Assembly (NCBI GenBank): GCA_035650735.1
Contig: DASRGZ010000224.1
Coordinates: forward strand, 62,001 to 108,351
Length of the DNA stretch: 46,351 bases
Direction: 5' to 3'
Source: Chthonomonadaceae bacterium
Lineage (GTDB): Bacteria > Armatimonadota > Chthonomonadetes > Chthonomonadales > Chthonomonadaceae
Shown here one piece after another: positions 36,712 through 46,351 of this stretch. Position numbers and translations under genes: made by a program. Within the stretch, counting starts at the first letter, position 1; the number at the start of each line of letters is the position of its first letter. The notes beneath the pieces are model-generated. The model saw nothing but the letters and a program-made list of their open reading frames with translations, made no database searches and was not told the DNA's origin.

Positions 36712-36887
36712 GCGCCTTTCTTGCCTCCGCCCACACCCTAACTAATCATCCTTCATCCTTGTTCTTGCGCAGGCGCAGCAGGGAAAGGGAGAACCCGGCT
36801 TCTGCTCTCCCTTCTCCCTTGCAGGGAGAAGGGACGGGGATGAGGGGAGAACAAGGCTTTTCGGTAATATCTCCATCCACAGCCCAG

Positions 36888-38285
36888 CTAATTGCCTGCG
36901 TACCCTACCCTCTTGACCGCGTCCGGCGGGATCGAGCCTAGCTTGTGCAGCGTATCCGAGGCCACGAGACCATAGATGGGGCTGAAGTTGGGGTTCATGC
37001 TCAGCGCCCGGTAGAGATAGATCTTGGCGTCGGGAATATTGCCTAGCTTCGCATAGATCATCCCGGCATGGAACAGGAAGCTCGCCTCCGGCGTGTGCTG
37101 GCTCAGAGCGGCCTTGATCATGTCGCGGGCCTGCGCGTACCGTCCGTTTTTGTAGTAGCACCAGGCCAGGGTGTCGGCGGCATAGACGTTCTTGTTGGTT
37201 ACGTATTCTGCCTCCGCAAGTTTCAGGGCTTCCGGCAGGTTGCGGTCGTGGTCGGCATAGAACTGGGCGATCTGCATGTCGCCGCGCACGCCGTTGGCCT
37301 TCAGGATTTTATGCACCGCCTCGACGAGCGCGTACTGCTTCTCTGCCTCCTCGGGCTTGCCGGTCAGCCGGTAGAGGTCGCCCAGGGCCACCAGCGAATC
37401 GTGCAGGGGCACGATGGCAATGGCGCGTTTGTAGTAGTCTATCGCGGCGTTGTAATCCTTTTCCGCCGCCTTGATTTTGCCCATCGCGGCCAGAACCTGA
37501 TAGTTATTGGGCGCATAGGCAAGCGCGTCCTTGAGCACCTGCTCGGCGGGGATCAGGTTGGCGTTGCTGAAGAGAATGAGCGCGAGCTGCACGCGGCACC
37601 AGGCCGTATTCTCTGCATAGGGTGCGCCGGCCTTGATCGCCTTGCCCATGAGCCAGCGCGCCTTGCGGTTGTCGCCGGCGACATGCAGCAGATAGGCCCC
37701 CCGGCTATAGGAAGAGATGTCCGGGTGGATGTCTAGCATCCGTTGATAGGACTCAAAGGCGCCGTTGTAGTCGCCCAGCGCCATCTGTGCGTCCCCGATC
37801 AGGCCGTACGCCTGGTAGTCGCGCGGCTCCAGGGCAATCGCCTTCCGCGCCCATTCGATGCTCTTATCAAAAATGTGCCTTCCGCCGTTGACCCAGGCCA
37901 GCCCCGTCATCGCCTCCGCGTTTTGCGGATTGAGGGCCAGCGCCCTGGCAAAGACCCGCTCGGCGTAGGCATAGTAGCTGCTGTCGGCCGTCTCGCGCAC
38001 CTTCTGCATCAGCGCGTCGCCCAAATTGACCCATACACCGTCCTCGTTGGGATGCTGGCGAGCCTGCTCGGCCCATTTGGCGATGTCCCGATCGGTGGCG
38101 GAGTTGCCGGTCGGCTTTGGCAGCGCGGGAAGCGCCTCGGAGACTCCGGGCGCGGCTTTGGCCTGGGCGGGATTCCGTCCATGCCGCGCCAGCGCCCAGC
38201 CTCCCAGCACCACGACGCCAAGCGCCAGCCCGATCAGCAGTAACTTAGGCCAGATCAACGCTCTTTTCAGGATGTGTGCCTTCAT
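36888..38285 (-). CDS. Membrane-anchored TPR protein
   Basis: N-terminal hydrophobic anchor, multiple TPRs, DTLAWCYY; typical neighbour of DUF4331 genes. Confidence 0.88.
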   Translation of the reverse strand: MKAHILKRALIWPKLLLIGLALGVVVLGGWALARHGRNPAQAKAAPGVSEALPALPKPTGNSATDRDIAKWAEQARQHPNEDGVWVNLGDALMQKVRETADSSYYAYAERVFARALALNPQNAEAMTGLAWVNGGRHIFDKSIEWARKAIALEPRDYQAYGLIGDAQMALGDYNGAFESYQRMLDIHPDISSYSRGAYLLHVAGDNRKARWLMGKAIKAGAPYAENTAWCRVQLALILFSNANLIPAEQVLKDALAYAPNNYQVLAAMGKIKAAEKDYNAAIDYYKRAIAIVPLHDSLVALGDLYRLTGKPEEAEKQYALVEAVHKILKANGVRGDMQIAQFYADHDRNLPEALKLAEAEYVTNKNVYAADTLAWCYYKNGRYAQARDMIKAALSQHTPEASFLFHAGMIYAKLGNIPDAKIYLYRALSMNPNFSPIYGLVASDTLHKLGSIPPDAVKRVGYAGN

Positions 38286-38321
38286 TTTTAAGCCTCAATG
38301 GTGCCATTCTCCCGGCAGGCT

Positions 38322-38656
38322 AAACCCTGGCTTCTCTTCCCCCCTCGTGCTTTGCCTAACCCCCGGCCCCCACTGGTAGGGTCGGCGCTACAATGGTTCG
38401 GGCCACTGCAAGGGTCGGCCCTGCCATGGTTGGGGCCACTGCTAGGGTCGGCAAGGTTACGGCCCCTGCCTCCGCCTTGCGACACCTTGCGACGCCCCTC
38501 CGCCTAGCGATCCCCAACAACAGGGGAGGGGAGAGAATAGAGTTGGCTTCTGCTCTCCCTTCTCCCTCCAAGGGAGAAGGGCCGGGGAGGAGGGGAGAAC
38601 AAGGCTTCTGCTCTCCCCTCTCCCGGCGCTGCGGGAGAGGGGACAGGGGGTGAGGG
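38322..38656. repeat. Composite intergenic repeat with three tandem ~33-bp modules
   Basis: Three copies of CCACTGNNAGGGTCGGC..., followed by CCTCCGCCTAGCGATCCCCAA and CCCCTCTCCC/GGGAGAGGGG hairpins. Confidence 0.8.
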
Positions 38657-38695
38657 CCATGGCAGGGTCTAGCCTATCGAGCTTGGCGAGCCAGC

Positions 38696-40243
38696 CTAAT
38701 CCTGGCCTCCTGGCGGACACTCAACGTTGACACCGGAGTCCTTGCTATTGCGCGTGCCAGCGTTGGGCGTTCCCGCGTAGGGGAAGGTCTGGTTGTAGAC
38801 CTGGTCGTTCGAGTCGACGTTATCACCCACGACGGTAATGGTTGTGTAGCTTGGTCCGCTGGCAAGCGCCGTAAGGGCAATATCGGCGACATCATCGCCG
38901 AAGCGCCTCCCATTAGGCCATCCGCCGGGGATACTATCCCCGTTGCCATTCATCACTGTATCGCCGCCGATGAAGCTTAGACGGTTAAAGCCCCCCTCTC
39001 CAGACACCGGCACGGCGCCGGTGGTCGTATCTACACGCACCACGTCCGGGATAAAGACAAGCGCGAGGTCGGTACGCCCTGTCGTCGTGATACCGAGGTG
39101 GTAGACGGCATTGATCAAAACGCCGAGCTCGGGGTTGAGAGCGTATTTGGCAAATAGGGTGGCGTCCTGAGTCGGCGACATGCGGTTGTAGCGGTCCTTA
39201 TCCACCAGGGCGACGAAGCCTTCATTAAAGAACGGATTGGCCAGGCGGTTGACCTGCACCCAGGGGCCGGAGTTGACGGGAAGGCCGTCGGTCTTGCGCA
39301 GCGTGACGCGGGGGCGGCTCACTGAGGCATAGACGCCCACGCCGGTGGAGGTGCGGGCTGGAAACGGCGCCGTGTACTGGAAGCTTGGCAGGTCCGAGAT
39401 GGGGATCACGATGCCATAGTGCAGCACGTTGAAGCCCTTGAACCCATCTACCCCGCCGCCATTCTGGCCGAAGGTGCCGGGCGGGCTGGGGGAGACGATG
39501 CGCGGATCCAGCAGGTCGAAGATCCCCGGAATATCGCAGTAGAACCCATCCTCCCGGCAGCCGGCAAAGACTGTGTAGACCTTGCCGCTGCTGGTCAGGT
39601 CATAGACCGTCTCGCGGGTGTAGCGATCCAGGGTGGCGCGCGAGGTAGCGCCCGAGATGGCCTTGCCCGTGTTCGGATCGTTGTAGAAGGGAGTGGTGCG
39701 CACACCGACGTTATAGGGAGGCACCATCAGCGTCGTGCCGGTATTGAGCAGCGTGGAGGTAGAGCCGACGACCTTCCGGACGGCATAGGTCTGAACGAAG
39801 TTCTGATGGCTGTCGCCGACATCCTGGATCGCCCCGGCGTCCGGCTGTCCTCCGATATCGGCGCCCCGTCCGTAGCGGAGGGCGGTGTTAAGGTTCTTGT
39901 AGTTGCCGTTGACGGAGACAGGCGAGAATTGGAAGTCGTAGCGCTGCACCTCCGCGCCGGTGTTGGGATTGGCGATATGGATGCTGTAGCGCGCGTCATC
40001 CGAAAAGGCATCGTACAAGATGCCGTCGCCCGGCTCGGAGAAGGGACGAACGCTGATTTCCACGACCAGCACCTTCTCGCCGGTGGACCGCTGGCGAACG
40101 AAGGCATAGACATCGGTCAGATTCGCCTGCGGGTCGAGTTTGATCAGGGGCGCATCGCTGTGGCTGGAAGCCCTAGCGGCCAGAGCCGGGAGCGCGAGCG
40201 CTGCGCCTGCTGCGAATAAGGCAGCCAGTTTCAAAGCACGCAT
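38696..40243 (-). CDS. DUF4331 family secreted protein
   Basis: ASSHSDAP, NLTDVYAF, FAGCREDGFY, QVNRLANP, GWPNGRRFGDD, FPY. Confidence 0.88.
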   Translation of the reverse strand: MRALKLAALFAAGAALALPALAARASSHSDAPLIKLDPQANLTDVYAFVRQRSTGEKVLVVEISVRPFSEPGDGILYDAFSDDARYSIHIANPNTGAEVQRYDFQFSPVSVNGNYKNLNTALRYGRGADIGGQPDAGAIQDVGDSHQNFVQTYAVRKVVGSTSTLLNTGTTLMVPPYNVGVRTTPFYNDPNTGKAISGATSRATLDRYTRETVYDLTSSGKVYTVFAGCREDGFYCDIPGIFDLLDPRIVSPSPPGTFGQNGGGVDGFKGFNVLHYGIVIPISDLPSFQYTAPFPARTSTGVGVYASVSRPRVTLRKTDGLPVNSGPWVQVNRLANPFFNEGFVALVDKDRYNRMSPTQDATLFAKYALNPELGVLINAVYHLGITTTGRTDLALVFIPDVVRVDTTTGAVPVSGEGGFNRLSFIGGDTVMNGNGDSIPGGWPNGRRFGDDVADIALTALASGPSYTTITVVGDNVDSNDQVYNQTFPYAGTPNAGTRNSKDSGVNVECPPGGQD

Positions 40244-40293
40244 GGCAATCTCTCTCCTTGGTAGGTCTCAGGGATGGCTAGTGACGAGCGGGT

Positions 40294-40809
40294 TTAGCGG
40301 CGTGTAGGACGCCGGCGCCGCAGCGCGACCGTGCTCACGGCGGCTGCCGCGCCCAGGAGCGCCAGGCTCTGGGGCTCGGGAACCGGGGCCTGGGTAATGC
40401 CCATAATCGGCACGCCGCTGGCCGTCAACGCCGAAAAACTGCTCTGCCCCGGCGGGATCGGGCTATCGAACAGGAAGCCGTTGACCGTGCTGCCCGGGTC
40501 AAATCCGCCGGCGCCTAGCTCCGGCAGAAAGTCTACGATTCCCAGCCCGGAGTCATAGCTGGCCTGATACCCGGTGGGGGCCGTAGGGTTCAGAACGGTA
40601 TTCGGCCCGGGCAGCACGCCGATGCTGACTATTGCCAGTTCTTCCGCCGTGTCGTTGAAGATGGAGTAGTCGTAGTGGTACAACCCGTTGGCGAACGTCA
40701 CCGTCGGGGTGACGTCCACGGATTGGGCGCGGGCCTGGCAAAGCATCAGAATGGCGCAGGCTGCGCCCGCCAGCCCGAGGAGTTTCCGGTACTGCATCCG
40801 ATGGGTCAT
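40294..40809 (-). CDS. PEP-CTERM sorting domain protein
   Basis: Signal peptide; C-terminal VPEPQSLALLG, hydrophobic stretch, RRRR. Confidence 0.88.
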   Translation of the reverse strand: MTHRMQYRKLLGLAGAACAILMLCQARAQSVDVTPTVTFANGLYHYDYSIFNDTAEELAIVSIGVLPGPNTVLNPTAPTGYQASYDSGLGIVDFLPELGAGGFDPGSTVNGFLFDSPIPPGQSSFSALTASGVPIMGITQAPVPEPQSLALLGAAAAVSTVALRRRRPTRR

Positions 40810-41153
40810 GCTCTCAACCTCCCTTCCGAAGTGGATTCTTAAGAGATGGGCCGTTCCCAGAGGAGCAAAGTGGAAGCGCTCGAGCCGTACTCCCTATCGT
40901 CCCGACGCCTTGGTCCCCTGGCAATACGCCACATGAAGGCAACTGCCGCTATTCCCCATTTGCGTGCTAAGGTGTTAGGGTTCTTAGTGGCCTGGCAGTA
41001 CGCGGCATGGAGGCCACTGCCGCTATAGGGCTAGCATAACGAACCAAGGTTACAAGAAAGTAACAGACGGGTAAATTTTGGTCAACTTTTACAGGAAAGA
41101 AAAAAAAAGGCCGCTCTCCCTAGAGGGCTCAAGGGCAGACAGATCGGTTTTAG

Positions 41154-41307
41154 CGACGGAATGGAGTTACGACGGGTTAGAAACCCTTCGCTCTAGAACC
41201 TTCGGCTGGGTGTCCCTTCGGGACAGAGATTGCCTGCCGACAGGGAAAGTGTCCCGCAGGGACACACGGCGCGTAGCGCCCTACAGCGAAGGAATTCTAT
41301 TCCGTCG
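41154..41307 (+). ncRNA. Unassigned multi-branched structured element (candidate ncRNA or non-autonomous element)
   Basis: 15-bp closing stem with two G-U pairs on the + strand, inner CTTCGCT/AGCGAAG stem and several hairpins. Confidence 0.4.
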
Positions 41308-41317
41308 GTCAAAAGTG

Positions 41318-41399
41318 GGTAGACACTCCCAGCCGTGTGGATCAATCTCACGCAGCCTGCTGCTGAGGAGATACGTCAACACCGTTGGGAGCGATTACC
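41318..41399 (+). mobile_element. 82-bp MITE, copy C
   Basis: Same sequence as copies A and B; 8-bp duplication CAAAAGTG (41310-41317 and 41400-41407). Confidence 0.87.
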
Positions 41400-41409
41400 C
41401 AAAAGTGTC

Positions 41410-42111
41410 CTAAGCCAGCAGCCACCCCACGGCCTCGCGCGCAATCCCTTTCGGCACCATATGCGGGCCGTTGAACTCCCGATAGAGCACGTCGTAGCCC
41501 GCGCCCTCTAGCTGCGGCACGATCCGGCGGCTGCAAACCTCAATCGGAAGCACCCGATCCTGGAGGCCGTGAGAGATATAGATGCGCGGCTTGCCCCGCT
41601 GGGCCGTCGGCGCCATAAACCCCGGGGCGAAGGCAATGACATGGGTAAACAGGTCGCCGTTCATGATCCCCAGCGACAGCGCGTAGGAGGCGCCATCGGA
41701 GAAGCCCTCCACGACGATGTGGGCCGGGTCCACGGCACAGCGGCGGAACGTCTGTTCCAGCGCCCGGTCAATGAAGGCGACATCCGGACCGTAGTGCCCG
41801 AGAATGATGTCCCACGTCCGTTCGCGCGAGTCCACCGCCAGCAGAAGCAGGCCGAATTGGTCGGCCAGATGCCGGAACGGATGCAGGCCGTGCGTGGCCT
41901 GGCCGCCCGCGCCGTGGAGCATCAGCACGAGCGGCGCCGGATGATCCGCCTGGTAACCCGCAGGCACATAGAGCAGGCCGTCGCGCCGGCCATCCAGCCC
42001 CAGCCGCTGCAATCCAGGTTGCGCCTCTTCCAGCGGCGCCGCCGGCCGCGCGTGCAGCTGCCCTTCCTGGGTTCCCGGACGCTCCAAAACCTGCTGTCTG
42101 CCTTTTCCCAT
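41410..42111 (-). CDS. Phospholipase/carboxylesterase (alpha/beta hydrolase)
   Basis: LHGAGG, GFSDGA, HGLQDRVLP, FNGPH. Confidence 0.9.
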   Translation of the reverse strand: MGKGRQQVLERPGTQEGQLHARPAAPLEEAQPGLQRLGLDGRRDGLLYVPAGYQADHPAPLVLMLHGAGGQATHGLHPFRHLADQFGLLLLAVDSRERTWDIILGHYGPDVAFIDRALEQTFRRCAVDPAHIVVEGFSDGASYALSLGIMNGDLFTHVIAFAPGFMAPTAQRGKPRIYISHGLQDRVLPIEVCSRRIVPQLEGAGYDVLYREFNGPHMVPKGIAREAVGWLLA

Positions 42112-42710
42112 CGCCGCAATCTCCTCCCCTCACGCTCCAGGTGCCGCCGCCACTATCCTGCTTGCCGGATTGGCGTTAGCCAAAAAACTTCGGGCCGATG
42201 CCAGACCCTGCCTCCTCCTGCCCTCGGGGCAAGCTGCGGTTTTTGCTGGCTCTCCCGGCTAAAATAGTGCCTGCCTGCGGAGGCTTTGACTCCACAGGCA
42301 GGCAGGGAGAACAGGAATATGGCCTGATCACGGATCAACTCACTGCATTGGACGCGGTCGGCCACGATTTGGGTCTAGGCAATTCGATGGCATTTTCTAT
42401 GGCACCAAAGGCGGAGTCCGACCTCTCTGCACGGCTCTATCTGACCCGGGGAAGCATAAGGCGTATGCCGTCATGAGACAAGAACTACTTATATCCAGTC
42501 CGAGGGAATACTTATCGTATGGCTACCTCAAGGTGCAGCGCATATGGGAAGAAATTCACCGGATTGGATATTAGCAGACAGAAAACGACTATTGCAAATC
42601 CAGCCCAAGTTCGTTATAGTATGACCCACCGCCCCCAGTAAATTTGCCTGGTTCCACGCACGTGCCGATAGTGCCACCAGGGTAAGGCATTTCCAGGGGA
42701 GGCAGAGCCG

Positions 42711-43550
42711 ATGAGCGCAACGACCGTGGCCAAAGGGGATTTGAAGGAGAGCCTTAAGGAGAGGTTACGGCGCCGATCTCCAGGGCTCGTTAACGCATGG
42801 AGGACATCCAAAGCGCGCTACTACGATTGGAAGTGGCGGCGGATTCGAGAGCGCTGCGGGCGCCTGGCGGCGGCCATTGCGCAGCGGCACGGAATGCAGG
42901 TGCTTAACGGTCCGTTTCAAAGGCTCGTCTATGTCCCCGAAGCCTTCCCGCTCCATGCCGCCCCCAAGCTGCTGGGATGCTATGAGGCGGAACTGCATCC
43001 GATTGTGGAGCGCATTATCCGCCGGAACTACGCCGAAATCCTTGATGTGGGGTCCGCAGAAGGCTATTACGCGGTGGGCCTGGCAAGAAGAATGCCCGCC
43101 ACCCGGATCGTGGCGTTTGATACCGATCCGGGCGCCAGAGAGCTCTTACACAGAATGGTGGAGGTTAACGGCGTGGCAGAGCAGGTGACCATTTGTGAGT
43201 TCTGCGACCCCGCTAAGCTTCAGGAACGGCTCACGCCCGATACCCTGCTGTTTGCCGATTGCGAGGGCTATGAGACAACGCTGCTGGATCCCGAGCAGGC
43301 CCCGGCACTGAGAACCTGCGATATCCTGGTGGAGCTCCATGACTGCCTACAGCCCGGGGTCACGGGGGCTGTGCTGCCCCGCTTCCAGTCCACGCATAGC
43401 ATCGCGCTGATCGGCCAGCAGCCGCGCACTCCTTCCGATTGGCGCGGCGTGGAAGGTCTTTCGCGTCGTAACCAGGCTTTGGCCGTGCGGGAAATTCGCG
43501 CCGGTCCGCAGCAATGGGCCTTCCTGACGACGCACAAGCACTCCGGGTGA
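42711..43550 (+). CDS. Class I SAM-dependent methyltransferase-like protein (FkbM-like)
   Basis: KLLGCYEAEL, LDVGSAEGYYAVG, DCEGYE, LVELH. Confidence 0.8.
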   Translation: MSATTVAKGDLKESLKERLRRRSPGLVNAWRTSKARYYDWKWRRIRERCGRLAAAIAQRHGMQVLNGPFQRLVYVPEAFPLHAAPKLLGCYEAELHPIVERIIRRNYAEILDVGSAEGYYAVGLARRMPATRIVAFDTDPGARELLHRMVEVNGVAEQVTICEFCDPAKLQERLTPDTLLFADCEGYETTLLDPEQAPALRTCDILVELHDCLQPGVTGAVLPRFQSTHSIALIGQQPRTPSDWRGVEGLSRRNQALAVREIRAGPQQWAFLTTHKHSG

Positions 43551-43572
43551 GCCAGAGGAGCCGTGCGCCCGA

Positions 43573-44268
43573 TCACTCCTCGCCCGCTGTCAGCTTGTAA
43601 CCGAAGCCGCGCACCGTCAGCAGAAAGCGCGGCTCGTCCGGGTCGGCCTCGATCTTGCGGCGCAGACGGCGCACGTAGACGGCCAGGGTCTTGACGCCCA
43701 TTTCGGCATCATAGCCCCAGACGTTTTCAAAAATCCAATCGGTGGCCAGGGCTTTATCCCGGTTGCGCGCCAGCAGGTGCAATAGCTCAAACTCGCGTTC
43801 CGTCAGGTGCGCCGGTTCGCCGTTGCAGAAGGCGTCTCGCCGATCCACATCCACCACCAGCGTCCCCAACCGGATTTGATTGGGCGCCTCCGGGGACTGG
43901 CTATACTCATTGGCCCGGCGCAGATGCGCGCGAATGCGCGCCACCAGTTCCCGCGGCGCGAACGGCTTGGTCAGATAATCATCGGCGCCCAGCTCCAGGC
44001 CCACCACCTTATCGGCGTTGTCGTCGCGGGCCGTCAGGAACAGGATGGGCATTCGGTGCTTGGTCCGTATCTGGCGGCAGAGGGCAAAGCCGTCCTGGTC
44101 GGGCAGGCTCACATCCAGGATCACCATATCGAAGGGCGCGCCCAGCAGGGCACGCCGCGCCTCCTCCGCCGTTACCGCCGTCTGGCAGAAGAAGCCCTCC
44201 GCAACCAGCAGCTTCTCGATAGCCCGCAGTATGAACCGATCATCATCTACCAGCAGCAGGCGCGGCAT
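43573..44268 (-). CDS. OmpR-family response regulator
   Basis: LLVDDD, LDVSLP, FLTA, GADDYLTKPF, winged helix with TVRGFGYK. Confidence 0.94.
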   Translation of the reverse strand: MPRLLLVDDDRFILRAIEKLLVAEGFFCQTAVTAEEARRALLGAPFDMVILDVSLPDQDGFALCRQIRTKHRMPILFLTARDDNADKVVGLELGADDYLTKPFAPRELVARIRAHLRRANEYSQSPEAPNQIRLGTLVVDVDRRDAFCNGEPAHLTEREFELLHLLARNRDKALATDWIFENVWGYDAEMGVKTLAVYVRRLRRKIEADPDEPRFLLTVRGFGYKLTAGEE

Positions 44269-44289
44269 CGTTGCATCTCCTCCCATAAC

Positions 44290-46011
44290 TTAAGTTAAAT
44301 GGTCAATGGGTCTGACCCCATTGCCAGGTTTGCTTTGTGGCAGGGTCGGCAACATCACTGTAAAACAGGCTCCCTGGCCTGGCGCGCTCGTCACGGTCAG
44401 TTGGCCGCCATGCTGCTCCACGATACGCTTGCAGCTAAACAGCCCCAGCCCCAATCCGTTAGCGCGTGTAGTGAAGAAGGGATCAAAGATACGATCCATG
44501 GCCTCGGGTGCAATGCCTCGGCCCGTATCGACCACGGCGACCTCCAGCCAGCTTTTGCGCGCGCGCCCGGTGAGCGCCAGCGTTCCTCCCTGCTCCATCA
44601 TGGCCTGAATGGCATTCAGGCACAGATTGACAAAGAGATGCTCCAGCTGGCTGACATCCGCAGCGACCAGAGGCAGCCGGTCGGAAACATCCAGGATAAT
44701 CTCCACGCTATTGACCTGCGCCTGTCCCGCCACTAGCGGCACGATACGCCGGAGCACATCCGCCACCGCCGTCGGATAGGTTTCCAGCACGGTAGGCCGC
44801 GAGAAGGCCAGCAAGCGGTGCGTCAACGCGAAAAAGCGGTTTAACTGCGCGCTAATCGACTCGGAAACCGGATCGGACTGCGTTTCCAATTCCATCTGCA
44901 TGGCGGTCAGGATGTTGCGAATATCGTGGGCGACGCTGGCCGCCAGCGTTCCCGCCGTGCGCAGTTTCTCCATTTCCACCAGGCTGCGTTGCGCGGCCTG
45001 CAGTGTCTCCATGGCCGTATGCAGCTCCGATTGCAGCCGGTGGGTTTCCAGGGTCAGGGCCACCTGATCGACAATAGCGCGCAGGTGCGCGCTTCGATAT
45101 CGCGCCAGCGCGGCCAGGCCGGACTGAGCGTCGCCGGAGCCAAGCACCAGGGCGCCGATGGCATGTCCATCGCTGTAAAGCGGCGCGACCCCCACCGTCC
45201 TGCAGCGCAGCCGCCGGGCGATGGGTCCGCGATAATCCTCGTAGAGCGTCAGGGGTGGTTCGGTTGGAAAGGCCGTATCGAGCGCTTTATCCAGGGCCGG
45301 ATCGCGGCGGCGAACCATGCTTAGCACCGTGGCGGGCCGGCCCGGCGAACAGCCGATGCCTTCGAGCTCCGCGCCGTTTTTGGAAAGCAGGAGCGCCACC
45401 GCGCACTCGTTGCCGATCAGTGAGCGCACTATCTCCAGGATGGCGATCAGCAGATCATCGGCGGCCCGGTGCTGCACGGCGACGCGGCATAGCGCATTCA
45501 TGGCGCGCAGCACCTCGGAGGTGGTGGCGTAATCCTGCGTGCGGGCGGTCAACTGGGCCTGCACTTCGGCCTGCAGGCGCTTCGTCTCGGTGATATCCAG
45601 AAAGGTCCAGAGCCTACCGATGGGCTCCCCGTTGCGGTCGCGCACAGGGCCGGTATAGCGGCGCAAGATGCGCGACGGCTCTCCTGCCAGCTCGATTTCG
45701 TCCTGGTAGGTTATCGTGGGATCGGCGTAGGTCTGGTGCAGCAGCTCGTTGAAGGATTGCGGATCCCGCACGCGAGCCATCGCCAGGGCGCGCACGACCT
45801 CCGGGTCGGCCTGCACGATGTCCTGGGGGGCCACCCCAAAAAGCTCCCCCAGCCGCTGGTTGGCCAAGATGTCCTGCCGATCCAGGCCGCTCAACAGGAT
45901 GCCGTAGTCCGTGGCCTGCAGCAGCGCGTGCAGCAGGGCGCGCTCGCTGGCACGGAACTGGGGGTTGAGCGCGACGTCTTCCGAGGATACCGTTTGCTCT
46001 GCCGGTTTCAT
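44290..46011 (-). CDS. Cytoplasmic PAS-GAF sensor histidine kinase
   Basis: AHDIRN H-box, NLCLNAIQA, DTGRGI, FDPFFTT, GLGLGL; N-terminal PAS and GAF-like regions. Confidence 0.92.
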   Translation of the reverse strand: MKPAEQTVSSEDVALNPQFRASERALLHALLQATDYGILLSGLDRQDILANQRLGELFGVAPQDIVQADPEVVRALAMARVRDPQSFNELLHQTYADPTITYQDEIELAGEPSRILRRYTGPVRDRNGEPIGRLWTFLDITETKRLQAEVQAQLTARTQDYATTSEVLRAMNALCRVAVQHRAADDLLIAILEIVRSLIGNECAVALLLSKNGAELEGIGCSPGRPATVLSMVRRRDPALDKALDTAFPTEPPLTLYEDYRGPIARRLRCRTVGVAPLYSDGHAIGALVLGSGDAQSGLAALARYRSAHLRAIVDQVALTLETHRLQSELHTAMETLQAAQRSLVEMEKLRTAGTLAASVAHDIRNILTAMQMELETQSDPVSESISAQLNRFFALTHRLLAFSRPTVLETYPTAVADVLRRIVPLVAGQAQVNSVEIILDVSDRLPLVAADVSQLEHLFVNLCLNAIQAMMEQGGTLALTGRARKSWLEVAVVDTGRGIAPEAMDRIFDPFFTTRANGLGLGLFSCKRIVEQHGGQLTVTSAPGQGACFTVMLPTLPQSKPGNGVRPIDHLT

Positions 46012-46082
46012 GACAGCAGTATAGCGAATTTAAGCGCTTGTTGCAAGATAGTAGAGAAGGGAACTACGGCACCTTTAACATT

Positions 46083-46129
46083 AAAAATAACATAAAAATG
46101 CCAGGACGCCCCCAAAGGAGCGCCCTGGC
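46083..46129 (-). terminator. Rho-independent terminator of the flagellin gene
   Basis: Minus strand GCCAGGGCGCUCC-UUUG-GGGGCGUCCUGGC followed by AUUUUUAUGUUAUUUUU. Confidence 0.75.
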
Positions 46130-46194
46130 TCTCCTGGACGCAGCGGCACTCACGCCACGGCGCCAGGATGTACGCTTGCGAAACCGGCCATCAC

Positions 46195-46351
46195 CTACCG
46201 CAGGAGGGAGAGGACCTGCTGGGGTGCGGCATTGGCCTGGGCCAGCATCGAGGTGGCCGCCTGCTGGATGATCTGATTCTTGGTCAGATTCATCACCTCG
46301 CTAGCCACGTTGGTATCCCTGATCTGGCTCTCCGAGGCCGATAGGTTCTCC
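46195..46351 (-). CDS. fliC: Flagellin, C-terminal end (partial)
   Basis: Manual translation [51 protein letters not shown] matches the flagellin C-terminal helix. Confidence 0.92.
   Translation of the reverse strand, partial: ENLSASESQIRDTNVASEVMNLTKNQIIQQAATSMLAQANAAPQQVLSLLR

Noticed and set aside
38372..38470. Mini-CRISPR from three ~33-bp repeats
   Set aside because: The repeats are contiguous without unique spacers and belong to the dispersed intergenic repeat family.
40810..41310. NiCo or cobalamin riboswitch upstream of the metal-transporter cluster
   Set aside because: I could not find the conserved cores, and the structured element's G-U pairs favour the opposite strand.
42430..42700. 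Lower-GC stretch as an island boundary or small gene
   Set aside because: No convincing ORF, repeat or att-like site; most simply a divergent promoter region.

Overview
GC-rich bacterial chromosomal window. The PEP-CTERM protein, flagellin and gene style suggest a diderm environmental lineage, possibly Armatimonadota (unverified). Most genes are ordinary: ftsX/ftsE, a redoxin, a Ser/Thr kinase, a sugar-utilisation cluster, a DUF4331/TPR/NicO cluster, a two-component pair and the 3' end of a flagellin. The outstanding locus is 24598-29792 on the minus strand. In order it holds a 66-aa Gly-terminated ubiquitin/ThiS-like ORF, five tandem Y-RNA-like ncRNAs, a TROVE/Ro60-like vWA protein, an intervening DUF1579 gene and MITE, an unknown protein with a C-terminal GICL cysteine motif, and an overlapping ThiF/E1 gene. 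The five RNAs share one constant terminal scaffold, but each carries a different tRNA-mimic cassette joined in one of three topologies. Two cassettes are complete circularly permuted cloverleaves that keep their anticodon loops (GCU, GGC), and one is non-permuted (GAC). Also present: three copies of an 82-bp MITE with target-site duplications, a nested MITE stack, a family of modular intergenic repeats, a PhyH-S9 peptidase fusion, a STAND-TPR protein and an unassigned 154-nt structured element. All calls come from reading the sequence by eye; no searches or folding programs were run.
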